A stretch of 64,000 bases of DNA from a virus (taxonomy: Duplodnaviria; Caudoviricetes), in IMG/VR virus record IMGVR_UViG_3300012016_000004, positions 8,009-72,008 of that record. The stretch is one strand, 5' to 3'. Position 1 is the stretch's first letter; every line of letters begins with the position of its first letter. Under the pieces are notes generated by a model. The model did not search any database, was not told the origin of the DNA, and saw nothing but the letters and a program-made list of their open reading frames with translations. Below are positions 18,266 through 28,224 of the stretch, piece by piece. A program made the position numbers and the translations under genes.

Positions 18266-19535
18266 CTACTCGTTATTCATACCGGCAATCACGAACACCG
18301 TGTAGAGTGCAGTGATGGGAGTGACCTGGCAGACAGCCCCGTCAGAGAACTCCTTGTCCTGGAAATACGAGGCGAGGCCGTCGATGACCTCCTCCCGGCT
18401 GTTGGCATTCTTGTTGATGAAAAACTCAGCCTGGTCTTCTTCCTCCTCCAGATAGAAGGACGGCTCCGGGCGGTCTTCTCCTTCGACCCATTTCTTGGCG
18501 CCGAAGATTTCGGATAGGCGGGCGATGGCCTCCTTCCGTGTGATTTGAATTTTGCTTGTCTCCATAAATACTTACTTTCGTTATTGGTTATTACTTGTCT
18601 TCTATCTTGTAGCATTCGTAGCTATAATGCCAGTGATTAGCTTCGCACTTCCGCTGGACGATCTCGAACTGCTTCTCCAGGAACCAGGTCTTTGATTCAG
18701 CAGCGATGACAGTGAGAGTAATACCGCCATCATAATTTATCGGCATCTGAGACTTAACGAGAATCCGTGCCAGGTTGCTAAGCTCTGCGAGCGGTGCCTT
18801 GATGTAGTGTTTGTATATCTCCATCACTGTCTGAAATCAAAATACTGCTCGGCGCAAGCCTCGATAGTTTCCGGCTCAGCATCAACGATGCTTTCGTATA
18901 TCCAGCCCTCCGGTGTGTCAAGATAACCGTCAATGACCTTGACCTCATAGGTTGCAGGATTGACGGCAAACTCATACACTTCCGGGATGTCATCCTCGTA
19001 GGCTTCTGCCAGTGCGTTGTAGATATTGTCGCACAACTCCTTGAAACGATTGTACTCGGACTGCTTCATCTTGACGCCCTCCTTCCTTTAGTTTGATTAC
19101 GGCGATGGGCCTTTTTCTTCTTGCGGGTATCTTTACCTATCCCCACCCGATATTCGTGATGCTGATTCGGGAGCGAATCAGACCAGGCTTGAGCTACGCG
19201 CTCGATGTCTGAGAACCTCGTCATGACTGCTCCTCCTATTTCAGAACGAACTTGATAGCATCGCAGCTTTCCGGCTGGAAGATGTTCAGCTGCCGGTCAT
19301 CGTAACCCATGCTCCGGAGAGCATAATACAGAGAGTAGCGGAGGTCGCTGAGCTGTGCTTCGAGAATCGACTGGGTGTCGTAATACGTGTAAATCGTATT
19401 CTCCAGCTCCTCCCTTTCTTCGATGGGAGTTTCAGCGCGACGGCCTTTCAGCATTTCGCGATACTGTTCAGTGTGGGAGATTTCCTCTTTGTGAGCCTCG
19501 ATCTGGGCTTTCAGATGTTCAATAACGGTCTTCAT
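18266..19535 (-). CDS. Cluster of small hypothetical proteins (18266-18565, 18591-18827, 18824-19069, 19236-19535)
   Basis: 78-99 aa ORFs with operonic spacing; two are preceded by the start-associated motif. Confidence 0.55.
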
Positions 19536-19612
19536 AAACTTACTTTCGTTGAGTTGTTATTTGGTATTGCAAATCTAATCATTTTTTGGGAATTTACCAA
19601 ATAATAACGCAT

Positions 19613-19936
19613 TTATTTACAGATAGTTATGCGAATTTTTGACGCATCAAAATCCGCAAGAATGAGAGGCACGAAAAGACGGAACACAGCGCGTTTTTCC
19701 TCCGGTATATCGTCCTCTGTCAAGCACCGACATATCAGACCTCCAAGCGAGATTTGCATCGCTTCTGCGAGCTTTTTGAGGTGTTCCTGCGTGGGAAAAG
19801 AATAGCCCTTTTCTATGCTCGACAGGGCGTTGGACGAGATGCCGGCCATAGCGGCGAGCTGCTTCTGCTTGAGGTGGCGCTCCTTTCGGACGAGCCGGAT
19901 GGTCTCTCCAAGTTCTGCCATGACATCAGAAGTCAA
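19613..19936 (-). CDS. XRE-family HTH transcriptional regulator
   Basis: LGETIRLVRKERHLKQKQLAAMAGISSNALSSIEKG. Confidence 0.8.
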   Translation of the reverse strand: MTSDVMAELGETIRLVRKERHLKQKQLAAMAGISSNALSSIEKGYSFPTQEHLKKLAEAMQISLGGLICRCLTEDDIPEEKRAVFRLFVPLILADFDASKIRITICK

Positions 19937-20169
19937 GAGAGAATACCCAATCCTTCAAGGAGCCGAAGTCCTTGCATTTCTTCGGGACTTTCAACGTGCG
20001 CTGGTGGCAGATGATTACCAGGGCCTTGCGGCCAGGCAACAGATGGCACTCCATGAACTTCTGTGCAAGTTCCTTGTTGAAACGAGAGATGTCAACCGGA
20101 TGCGTCTTGATGAGTATCGGCGCCAGGTCTGACTTGACTGAGCAGGTGAAATTATCCATATATCTGGAT

Positions 20170-20496
20170 TTAGTTAAGGATGAAACTCATGTCGTACTTG
20201 GAGAACGGGTCTTCTACGGAGCCAGCTGCATGGCAGTTGAGAATGGCCGAGAACTTGTAGCTTCCGCATTCGATTTCCATCTTGTATTCTTTCCACTGAA
20301 CACCGTCCGAGTTCTTTCTGTACCCACCGTTCTCGCACCAGACATCAACGTTGCATCCATTCTCACAGAGAGCATCGATGACATCGTTTTTGCCTTGCCA
20401 CCATTCATCGTAGTACATCTTGGAAGTGAGCGGGCTGATGGAGCGGTAGAGTTGGTTCTTTGCTCCGGTCTTTGTCTGATAATTTGCAGCTTTCAT
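20170..20496 (-). CDS. Hypothetical protein
   Basis: 108 aa; first gene after a promoter cassette. Confidence 0.6.
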   Translation of the reverse strand: MKAANYQTKTGAKNQLYRSISPLTSKMYYDEWWQGKNDVIDALCENGCNVDVWCENGGYRKNSDGVQWKEYKMEIECGSYKFSAILNCHAAGSVEDPFSKYDMSFILN

Positions 20497-20704
20497 CTTA
20501 CTTGCTTTCGTTAGAAGTTGGTGTATTATTTGGTACTGTAAAGATAGGCATTTTATTTGGATTTACCAAATTTAATCGCTTAATTATCAATGATTTATGC
20601 AATTATTTTTCATCGCGTAGCCTGGCGGGAATTTACTCGCCTTACTCGGATTTTACTTACTCGAAAAGATTTACTACCTTTGTATCTACAAGCAAGTTAG
20701 AGAG

Positions 20705-20896
20705 ATGAAAGAAGAATTTACAACAGCAATGCACGAGGAACTCATCGGAAAGGAGATTCCTCATAGCGACCTTCTTATCGGCAGTGTTTACGGAGCAATC
20801 AAAAACGGCGTAAAGAAATCTGATGCGCTTGCAAAATACGGAGTATCAGAATCTGAGTACGACCAAAATATCCATCGTGTCTTATACTCCGTTTAG
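20705..20896 (+). CDS. Small protein convergent with muF; candidate antitoxin
   Basis: 63 aa with its own TACCTTTG promoter at 20675-20682; 15-nt tail-to-tail overlap with muF. Confidence 0.5.
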   Translation: MKEEFTTAMHEELIGKEIPHSDLLIGSVYGAIKNGVKKSDALAKYGVSESEYDQNIHRVLYSV

Positions 20897-22726
20897 ATAG
20901 CCCCTCAAGTATGACATCGCTTTCGGATCATCGAGAAACATTACTCCGTCCCAGCTACTTCCATACAAAATAGCCTTTGCTCCAGGAATCTCCGCAAATA
21001 AGCGCATCGGGAAAAGACCTCTATGGTCGATATAGTAGCTATCGTACGCCTTCTTGAAAGCTATACCAAGTTCAGTATTTTCTGCTTCTGCAAGACTGAT
21101 AAACGCCCTTGCCGTTTTGCTATCGGTAGAGAATCCATATCTCGCCCAGCAATAGCCACCCACATCAATATTTGCACGTAAGTCAATCCGGCTGAATTTC
21201 GACCTCTTATACTCATTAAGGAACACATTGAAGACCTTCTTAGATGCACCCTTACCTTGAAACTGGGTTGCCAATTCAAAGCTTTGGTGCTCTACCCTTA
21301 TCTCACCATCAAGCATAGAGAACTGGCGTTCCAATCTGAAATAATCTCCATCAAGAGTCAATCTAAAGGCATTCTGACCATCTACAACCACACGTTTGAA
21401 AGACGCTCCGAATCCATATTCGTCATAGATTGACTGCATACCTCTCTCAATTCGAGGGAGATTAAAATGCGACAGAGGTACACAAGACTCGATGGCCTGC
21501 AAAGCATCCTTTCCAACAAGCTGTTCGCCAGAATTTGTTTTGAAAGCATATCCGGAGGAAATCATCGACTGCACAGATTCAATACTCCATGAGAAACTCT
21601 GTTGCGCTTCTTTAACGATAGCATCTACAACTGCCTTATTGTCTTTGATGAAGTATGGGAGAGACCCTCGCATCTCAGCTTGCGTGATCCTATCACTGTT
21701 GTCCGAAACCCAATCCTTGAAGTTGCCAGGCACATCGCTGATATAATTCTTCGACTGTGTTGTATCGTAATCTTCTCCATTGATGTAGGCCAGTGTCCTC
21801 GCCTCCATCTCCTCATCGGAAATCAGAATCGGCACCATGTAGCACCGGCAGTTCGGATGCCACCCATTCCACTTAAAGTCCTTTGGGTAACGTCCGGCCA
21901 GCGAAGCACACACCGGGCAATCGTAAGGATGGTTACTCCTCTTGATCTCAATACCGACAACATAGTCTTTCTCCAGATAGCTCAACTGCTCCGCGTTCCG
22001 GTAGGCCATGTTAATCTCCGTTCTGGCCAGGCGCTTTGCATTCTTGAAGGAGCTTCTGTAAACACCCTCGCCGGGGTTGTAGGCAGCGGCATTCTTCGAC
22101 AGATGGAGCATCCCAAACTCATCCCGCACCCTGCGGAACAGCTTACTCGGCTCATTCAGCAGTTCCTTCATGGATTCAGCCAGTTCGTCCGCGCTGGTGC
22201 CACTGGCTATGGAGCGGGCCAGTTCCGCTTCTATACGGCTCTGATTTGCAAGATTCCAAACCCTTGAAGAGAGATTGAGACCGCCAATCTGACGGGTCTG
22301 GAAAGCCTTTAGCGCAGTTTCATGATTGTTCAGATGCTCACCAACCATCGAAGCCTTCAATTCGTCCGCAGAGATGCCCAGCTTCTTCATCCGGGAAGTG
22401 AGGCCGGTCTTCTGCATCACATACTCCAGGATACCGTCATTCGCATCCTGCGTACCATGCGCCCACTCGGCTGTGGTCCCAGTGATAATGGTTTGCCCCA
22501 TACCGCGAGCGAGGCTGGCAACAAGGTTGTCAACCTCCCTCTTGATTTCCGGATAGTCGGAGAAATAGAACTGGCCGTCCTTTTCGCGGTCGTAGGATAC
22601 ACTTGTGGACAAGGAAATGAATCGACCAGTAGCCTTTCTCATTAGCGACTCAATGCGCTTGACATACTGCTCGATTCTCCTTAGGTTAGCGGCACCTAAT
22701 CTCTGATAGCTGCCTTCGAGACTCAT
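20882..22726 (-). CDS. MuF/SPP1 gp7-like minor head protein with a C-terminal GNAT-like extension
   Basis: CPVCASLAG...WHPNCRC MuF motif; C-terminus has FQGKGASKK and GGYCWARYGF, GNAT-like motifs. Confidence 0.8.
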   Translation of the reverse strand: MSLEGSYQRLGAANLRRIEQYVKRIESLMRKATGRFISLSTSVSYDREKDGQFYFSDYPEIKREVDNLVASLARGMGQTIITGTTAEWAHGTQDANDGILEYVMQKTGLTSRMKKLGISADELKASMVGEHLNNHETALKAFQTRQIGGLNLSSRVWNLANQSRIEAELARSIASGTSADELAESMKELLNEPSKLFRRVRDEFGMLHLSKNAAAYNPGEGVYRSSFKNAKRLARTEINMAYRNAEQLSYLEKDYVVGIEIKRSNHPYDCPVCASLAGRYPKDFKWNGWHPNCRCYMVPILISDEEMEARTLAYINGEDYDTTQSKNYISDVPGNFKDWVSDNSDRITQAEMRGSLPYFIKDNKAVVDAIVKEAQQSFSWSIESVQSMISSGYAFKTNSGEQLVGKDALQAIESCVPLSHFNLPRIERGMQSIYDEYGFGASFKRVVVDGQNAFRLTLDGDYFRLERQFSMLDGEIRVEHQSFELATQFQGKGASKKVFNVFLNEYKRSKFSRIDLRANIDVGGYCWARYGFSTDSKTARAFISLAEAENTELGIAFKKAYDSYYIDHRGLFPMRLFAEIPGAKAILYGSSWDGVMFLDDPKAMSYLRGYLNGV

Positions 22727-24144
22727 TACTCAGCACCGGGGAAAAGTTCGATCTGACGTTCGGTCTCGGACTGCGCTGCTGCTTCCGTCTCAATCTGCTC
22801 ATAATCAGCCTCCGGGTCTTCCACCAGATTGGCCTCCATGACAGAAGCCTTGTGGGAGATGATGGCCTTGCCACCGTTCGCTTTCGTTAGATTGTTGATG
22901 TCGGTGGTCGTGTCGTTCTGAATGAACGGCGTGATGACATGCTTGCATGTGGTGGTATGGACAAACGGCATCCACTCCGGGTTCTCATGTGCAACGATGG
23001 CCTTCACCACCTCAAACTCGCGGTCAAGGAACTCGATGATGTCATGGGATTCCTCCTTCACCTTGAGGTGTGCATCCGTCAGCAGGGTCTTCCTGGCCTC
23101 GCCGGACTGGGCACCAAGTCCCTTTATGTTCTCCAGCGAAAGGTCCGGAAGCTGCGTTACTTCGCAGTTGATTTGCTTGAGCATGTCCACATGGGTCTTG
23201 CTGTCAGAAGTGGTCAGAGCCGGAGCTACGAGGTCAAGGTCACCTCCCTGCTCCAGCTTATACACCTGGCGAGATGTATCGCCGACTGGCATGTCACCTT
23301 CAATCGTACCCATGATTTTCAGAATAGGCGTAGAGTTTTTCCGGATATTGTCAGAGTTACGACTGAGGGTAAACTCAATATCATCACGGTTCGTAGAGAT
23401 ACCGTCATAGATGGGAAGCGGACGGCACAGATAGATGGCCGGGATTTTATTTATGTCAATATCCACATCCTCCAGAATCCATTCGCTGCCCTCCTTTGTG
23501 AAATAGTAGGCTTTCTCTGCCGTAAACGCATCGAAGTGGTCCACACTATCGGCATCCCTATATTCAAAACTGAGGACGATAAGGTCATCCATATCGTCAA
23601 AGTACGGATAAATCTTTGCGGAGGTTATTTTCGAATACTTTTTCGGCATCGGCGAGAAACTCCTGCAGCGAATCTTGGACTTGGTGCTGAATCCATACCT
23701 ATTGTGCTCCTCTTTGCCCTCTACGACAAACCAGAACGTAGCGCATTCGCACCCGGCAAAATATGCGTAGAATCGCTTCGCATTCACACCATCGATGCGA
23801 ACGTATTCATACACCTTGTCAATGGCGTTCTGGAAAGCTTTTTCGCTATCGTTGGACGGTTTGCTGTATCGGCGCTTTACCGGGATGGAGAATGCCATCT
23901 GGTTCATGCGACGGGCAGCAATCATTTCGGCAGGATAGACGAGCTTGGCCGGGACTTCCTTCTTGGCATTCTTTACTTTGACCCTCGGACGGCGAGACGG
24001 GTCTGCGATGATGTCGTGCAGCTTCGGGACAAAGTTCTTTTCCAGCTCGCCCCATGACGGACAATCCTTCCCCTGGCTGGATAGGATTTCCATAATCTTC
24101 TCCGGCTTCAATCCTCCTTCAAAGATTTCTTCAAGAGACTTCAT
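22726..24144 (-). CDS. Portal protein (SPP1 gp6-like)
   Basis: 472 aa between TerL and MuF; ENIKGLGAQSGEARK motif. Confidence 0.85.
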   Translation of the reverse strand: MKSLEEIFEGGLKPEKIMEILSSQGKDCPSWGELEKNFVPKLHDIIADPSRRPRVKVKNAKKEVPAKLVYPAEMIAARRMNQMAFSIPVKRRYSKPSNDSEKAFQNAIDKVYEYVRIDGVNAKRFYAYFAGCECATFWFVVEGKEEHNRYGFSTKSKIRCRSFSPMPKKYSKITSAKIYPYFDDMDDLIVLSFEYRDADSVDHFDAFTAEKAYYFTKEGSEWILEDVDIDINKIPAIYLCRPLPIYDGISTNRDDIEFTLSRNSDNIRKNSTPILKIMGTIEGDMPVGDTSRQVYKLEQGGDLDLVAPALTTSDSKTHVDMLKQINCEVTQLPDLSLENIKGLGAQSGEARKTLLTDAHLKVKEESHDIIEFLDREFEVVKAIVAHENPEWMPFVHTTTCKHVITPFIQNDTTTDINNLTKANGGKAIISHKASVMEANLVEDPEADYEQIETEAAAQSETERQIELFPGAE

Positions 24145-24208
24145 AACTTACTTTCGTGAATTGGTTAACCGATGCAAAGATAATAAATTCCGTTTCAAAA
24201 TGAAACGC

Positions 24209-25741
24209 TTAGTCCATATCTTCTTCAATTTCCTCGACCGACAGCCCCTTGCTGTCCTTCACCGGATAGAAAGTATTGCACAACGCATCCCACTTATCTG
24301 GCGAGCGGCCAAGCCTTTCCTTGATGTCCTCCTTCTTCTCTATGAGGATGGAGCCGGTGCTGGTAAACGACCACTTGATGGCCGTCGCTTCCTCCAAAAG
24401 CATATCATCTGGCGGCAACATGGCACCAGTCTTGTTCTTCGGATTGAGCCAGTCTCTCACACACCAATGCAGATATGCCCTCATATTGGCAAATTTGTAC
24501 TGTCCGGTTTTATCGGACAGTCCGTTGGCGCCCTCGCTGAACTTACACGAATAGGCATTCTTAATATTCAGTTCCTGGAGCCGAGAGTACACGCCGGCGC
24601 CTTCTCCGATGGTATCAATCAAGGCCCGCGACTTCTTCTTGCTCTGATGAAGGCCGTTGATAGTCATTCCGGCAACCTTCATGTGGTCGGCTTTGCCACC
24701 CGACTGATGCACCTGGAATCTGGAAACGTAGTTGTCGTAGCGGTAGCATAAGTTGGAGCTATCACGGCCCATACCAGCCACATCAACACCAAGGTCCAGA
24801 TCCTCATCCGGAATCCAGTCATCGCCCATCTCCTCCTTTTTCTCCTTCCATCTCTCCTGGGCAAGAGTGACCCACTCGTAAGGGATGAGGCAGTCTTCGG
24901 AGGCGCGAGGGAATAGCCCAAGCACCTTTACACGGAAAAGGTCATTTGGACGATACAGCCCACCTTCCCATTTGAAGTCTCCCTCGCCCTCATTGAAGTC
25001 ATCCGGGTTGTAGATAGGGGTACACCAGTTTTCAACCTTATCGGCCACCCAGCGATAGTCCACCTGGCCGGGGAAAATCATCTGCTTCCTCACGACATTC
25101 TCTGCATTCAGAGAGTTAAGCCGGAAGTGCTTGAATCGGTCAGAGGACATGGCCTTGGCCGCATAGCCGGAAGTGATATTCGGGTTAAACACCAGCAGCA
25201 GCCGTGAATCGCCCTGCAGGTTACCTTCTATGGCATTGTACACCGTTTCCGAGATACCGGATGCTTCCGTCACGGCGAACATGATGTGGACGGCATGGAG
25301 ACCGGACCAAGACTCTGTTTCCTCCGCTGCCTTGAAGCCGGTCAGAAACCATTCCTCATACGGAGTCTTAATCTTCGAGGACTGGAGTATGCCAGGAAGG
25401 AATCCGGCCCGGCGGTAGAGCCTGGAGATTTCCGGCATCATGATGTTATACACCTGCCGGCCGGTAGGCGCAGTCATGATGACCTTCGTATTCTCAACCA
25501 GCTCTCCCTTCTTGTTGAATCTGGGGGTCAGATATAGAAAGCAGAGGCATCCGCAGGCCGAGACAAAATCCTTGCCCCTTGAGGTCCCGGATGCCACTGC
25601 TGTCATCGGATTCGTTTGGAGGGATTCGATGATGGCTTGCTGTTCTTTGTCAAGACGAGCACCAAGCACATCCCGGACAAACTTGTTCCAGTCTGCCCGC
25701 CAAGACATCATGTATTTCAGTCCTTTCTCGTTTACCTCCAT
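24209..25741 (-). CDS. Terminase large subunit
   Basis: Walker A-like VASGTSRGKD, Walker B-like FAVTEASG, nuclease motifs GVDVAGMGRD and RSPDKWDA. Confidence 0.92.
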   Translation of the reverse strand: MEVNEKGLKYMMSWRADWNKFVRDVLGARLDKEQQAIIESLQTNPMTAVASGTSRGKDFVSACGCLCFLYLTPRFNKKGELVENTKVIMTAPTGRQVYNIMMPEISRLYRRAGFLPGILQSSKIKTPYEEWFLTGFKAAEETESWSGLHAVHIMFAVTEASGISETVYNAIEGNLQGDSRLLLVFNPNITSGYAAKAMSSDRFKHFRLNSLNAENVVRKQMIFPGQVDYRWVADKVENWCTPIYNPDDFNEGEGDFKWEGGLYRPNDLFRVKVLGLFPRASEDCLIPYEWVTLAQERWKEKKEEMGDDWIPDEDLDLGVDVAGMGRDSSNLCYRYDNYVSRFQVHQSGGKADHMKVAGMTINGLHQSKKKSRALIDTIGEGAGVYSRLQELNIKNAYSCKFSEGANGLSDKTGQYKFANMRAYLHWCVRDWLNPKNKTGAMLPPDDMLLEEATAIKWSFTSTGSILIEKKEDIKERLGRSPDKWDALCNTFYPVKDSKGLSVEEIEEDMD

Positions 25742-25757
25742 TTCTCATAGTCGTACT

Positions 25758-26984
25758 CTATCGGACGATTCCTCGATACAGATAGTCGCGCAGCTCCGGC
25801 AAGGTCATCTTTCCGATGCCAAGGTAGTCAAGGCTGTACTTCGATGTGGCTCTGAGGTCTTTCTCATGGAAGGCAGAACCAATGACGATCATCGAATCAA
25901 TGACCGGAGTTGGAACGCCGAACTTCGCGCCCAGCTCGCTGTAAATCTTGCATCCGACCGGAATGTCCTCCGTGATGTAACGGTGGTTGATATTGTCCGG
26001 TCCAGTATTGCCTTCATCGCACGGCTTGTCCAGAGGGAACACCACATTGTCCCTTCCGCTGGCATCAAGGCCCATGTACTCTGCCGTGAGGATGCTGCGC
26101 CGGGAGAAGAACTGCTCGTACTCATACTCCGGGTACTTGATACCGATAGCATCGGCAATAGCGCACTCCTCTTTGTAGAACCGGTACTGTGTTCTGCAGA
26201 TGGAAGGGCAAAGGCCATGCGAGTACATGGAATAGCTGCCGGGGGCATTCCCGTACACTTCCCAATTCTCCATGCTTGAAACGCCAAGCAATGACGCAGG
26301 GACATGGATAACCGGGTTCACATTGGAGAAACCGATGTCAAGCATCGTATCGCCGACCACCGGACCGTCCCCCTTTGTCACAGACTCCATGCACGGTAGA
26401 TAGTCCACGGAATCCATGAACGTTGCAATGTCCGTCATCGGAAGGCAAGCACCGCGAAGACTGATGGCCCGATACTTAACACCAACATGGTTGGTCCAGA
26501 ATCCGGCCACCTTCTCTATCCTCGTGCCGTAAGGAGCGGAAGACCATCCTCCAACGATAACATCCTTTGTACAACCGGCTTCACGCATCAGTTTCCTGAG
26601 CAGCAAGCTCGCGTAGTTGTCCGGGAACGTGTGGATAATCATTCCGTCCTCCAGCAGCGGGACGAGTTTCCGCAGGTAGTCTTCGTGGGCAAGCGCAGGG
26701 ACAGAGATGAGTATGAGCTTTGCTCCTCTCACCGCCTCGGCCATGTCGTTCGTAACGACATCAAGAAATGCACGGCCAGAACGTTCGAATCCATACAGAT
26801 TGCGCTGGATACCGTCAAGCAGGATGCCGGTGCGCTCTACATACTGGATAGACTTCGGGCTACGCGAGTACAGACGGACCTCGCGGCCGGCCAGCTTGCA
26901 GTCAGCAGCGAGTGTCTTTCCGACGGCGCCACCACCGAGTACGGCGATGGGGCAGTCTTTCAGATAGGTTAAATTCTTCATCAT
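25758..26984 (-). CDS. NAD(P)-dependent opine (octopine/nopaline) dehydrogenase family protein
   Basis: Rossmann motif IAVLGGGAVGKTLAA; NVNPVIHVP and HRYITEDIPVG...TPVIDSMI, typical of the opine dehydrogenase C-terminal domain. Confidence 0.85.
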   Translation of the reverse strand: MMKNLTYLKDCPIAVLGGGAVGKTLAADCKLAGREVRLYSRSPKSIQYVERTGILLDGIQRNLYGFERSGRAFLDVVTNDMAEAVRGAKLILISVPALAHEDYLRKLVPLLEDGMIIHTFPDNYASLLLRKLMREAGCTKDVIVGGWSSAPYGTRIEKVAGFWTNHVGVKYRAISLRGACLPMTDIATFMDSVDYLPCMESVTKGDGPVVGDTMLDIGFSNVNPVIHVPASLLGVSSMENWEVYGNAPGSYSMYSHGLCPSICRTQYRFYKEECAIADAIGIKYPEYEYEQFFSRRSILTAEYMGLDASGRDNVVFPLDKPCDEGNTGPDNINHRYITEDIPVGCKIYSELGAKFGVPTPVIDSMIVIGSAFHEKDLRATSKYSLDYLGIGKMTLPELRDYLYRGIVR

Positions 26985-27011
26985 AAACTTACTTTCGTTA
27001 TTTGGGTACTA

Positions 27012-27353
27012 TTATTCCGGATTATCCGGGAGTTTCTTCATCATCTCCTCGAAGGGATTCAGCTGGACCTTGTTCTCCACCGTCTCCACATAGCCACGTT
27101 CTTTACCCTTCGTCTTTAAGAAGAAGATGAGGCAGGTATCGTTCCCCGCATCTATCTTCTCTATGAGCTTGGACTCTGCCCAGTCAATCAGAGACTCGTC
27201 AACGTCCTTGAGCATCTCCGCAAGTTTCGGAAACGACTTCCTCCAATGGTAGAACTGTGTGCGCCCACATCCGAGAGCAGTGCAGGTGGCAGACACGTTG
27301 CCACCCTTCTTCTCATACACCTTTGCAATGGTTGCAAAACTTGGTCTTTTCAT
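27012..27353 (-). CDS. Terminase small subunit-like HTH protein
   Basis: GNVSATCTALGCGRTQFYHW...IFFLKTKGKERGYVE. Confidence 0.75.
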   Translation of the reverse strand: MKRPSFATIAKVYEKKGGNVSATCTALGCGRTQFYHWRKSFPKLAEMLKDVDESLIDWAESKLIEKIDAGNDTCLIFFLKTKGKERGYVETVENKVQLNPFEEMMKKLPDNPE

Positions 27354-27364
27354 ATCTTCTCCTC

Positions 27365-28216
27365 CTATTTTGTTGCGGTCTCAACGACCTTGCGAATAAA
27401 TTCATCATATTCTATCCCGGCGCATTCTTTGGCGCAACCGGCCAGGTGGTCCGTGGCGCCGAGACATGGGTACAGATTGAGGTCAATGAGCACGTAGTCT
27501 CCGTCCAGTGTCTGACGGAAGTCTATTCTCATGTATCTCTTGGCGCCGACCGCCCAGAAAGCGGCCCGTGCATAGCGGATCAGCTTATCATCAATCAGCG
27601 GATGGCAGACATCCACCTCCTTGAACTTGAGTTCGTGAGTGAGGATGCCGGACTTACTCTCATACTCAAGTATGACCGGCCAGCAATCCGGAACGCCAGT
27701 CTTGTAATTGGCTACGAGGCCGACGGTGCAGTCGCGCCCTTCCACAAACTCCTCGATAATGGCATGGTCATTAAGGGTGGTCTCAATCTCCACGACCTTC
27801 TTGCGGATTGCCTCGCGAGACGTGCAGATGGAGTCCTCGTCAATACAGTTGCTATCTTCGCCATGCATCGGCTTGACGAAATAACGGCCACCGTCACAAG
27901 GCTCTATGACGGTTTCTGGGACACGAACTCCGGCCTGCCGGAGCAAACCCTTACTGATTGCCTTATCGTGCGTCAGATGCACCGTTTCCCGGCTTTCTGC
28001 CGTAGTGTATGCGCACGTCGCAACAAGCTTGTCAATGATGGTGCGGTTCCTGGTCTGAACGAGAATCCTATCGCTGGGACAGATATAGTGAAAATCATCG
28101 TCCTCCGTGGCGAAGATTCTCTTGATATTGGAGCCGAACACCCTTTCAAGGTGGGCATACCTTTCGTCCGGCATGAAGGCGCTTTCCTCGCGCCTGGTGG
28201 TTACAACGTAAATCAT
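27365..28216 (-). CDS. ATP-grasp ligase (D-Ala-D-Ala-ligase-like C-terminal domain)
   Basis: HDKAISKGLL..AGVRVP, FVKP, IEEFVEGRD, RIDFR...DLNLYP. Confidence 0.8.
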   Translation of the reverse strand: MIYVVTTRREESAFMPDERYAHLERVFGSNIKRIFATEDDDFHYICPSDRILVQTRNRTIIDKLVATCAYTTAESRETVHLTHDKAISKGLLRQAGVRVPETVIEPCDGGRYFVKPMHGEDSNCIDEDSICTSREAIRKKVVEIETTLNDHAIIEEFVEGRDCTVGLVANYKTGVPDCWPVILEYESKSGILTHELKFKEVDVCHPLIDDKLIRYARAAFWAVGAKRYMRIDFRQTLDGDYVLIDLNLYPCLGATDHLAGCAKECAGIEYDEFIRKVVETATK

Positions 28217-28224
28217 ACTGATAC

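Noticed and set aside
27365-28216. Vancomycin-resistance or housekeeping ddl gene
   Set aside because: Lacks the Ddl N-terminal domain and van-cluster neighbours; kept only as a generic ATP-grasp ligase.
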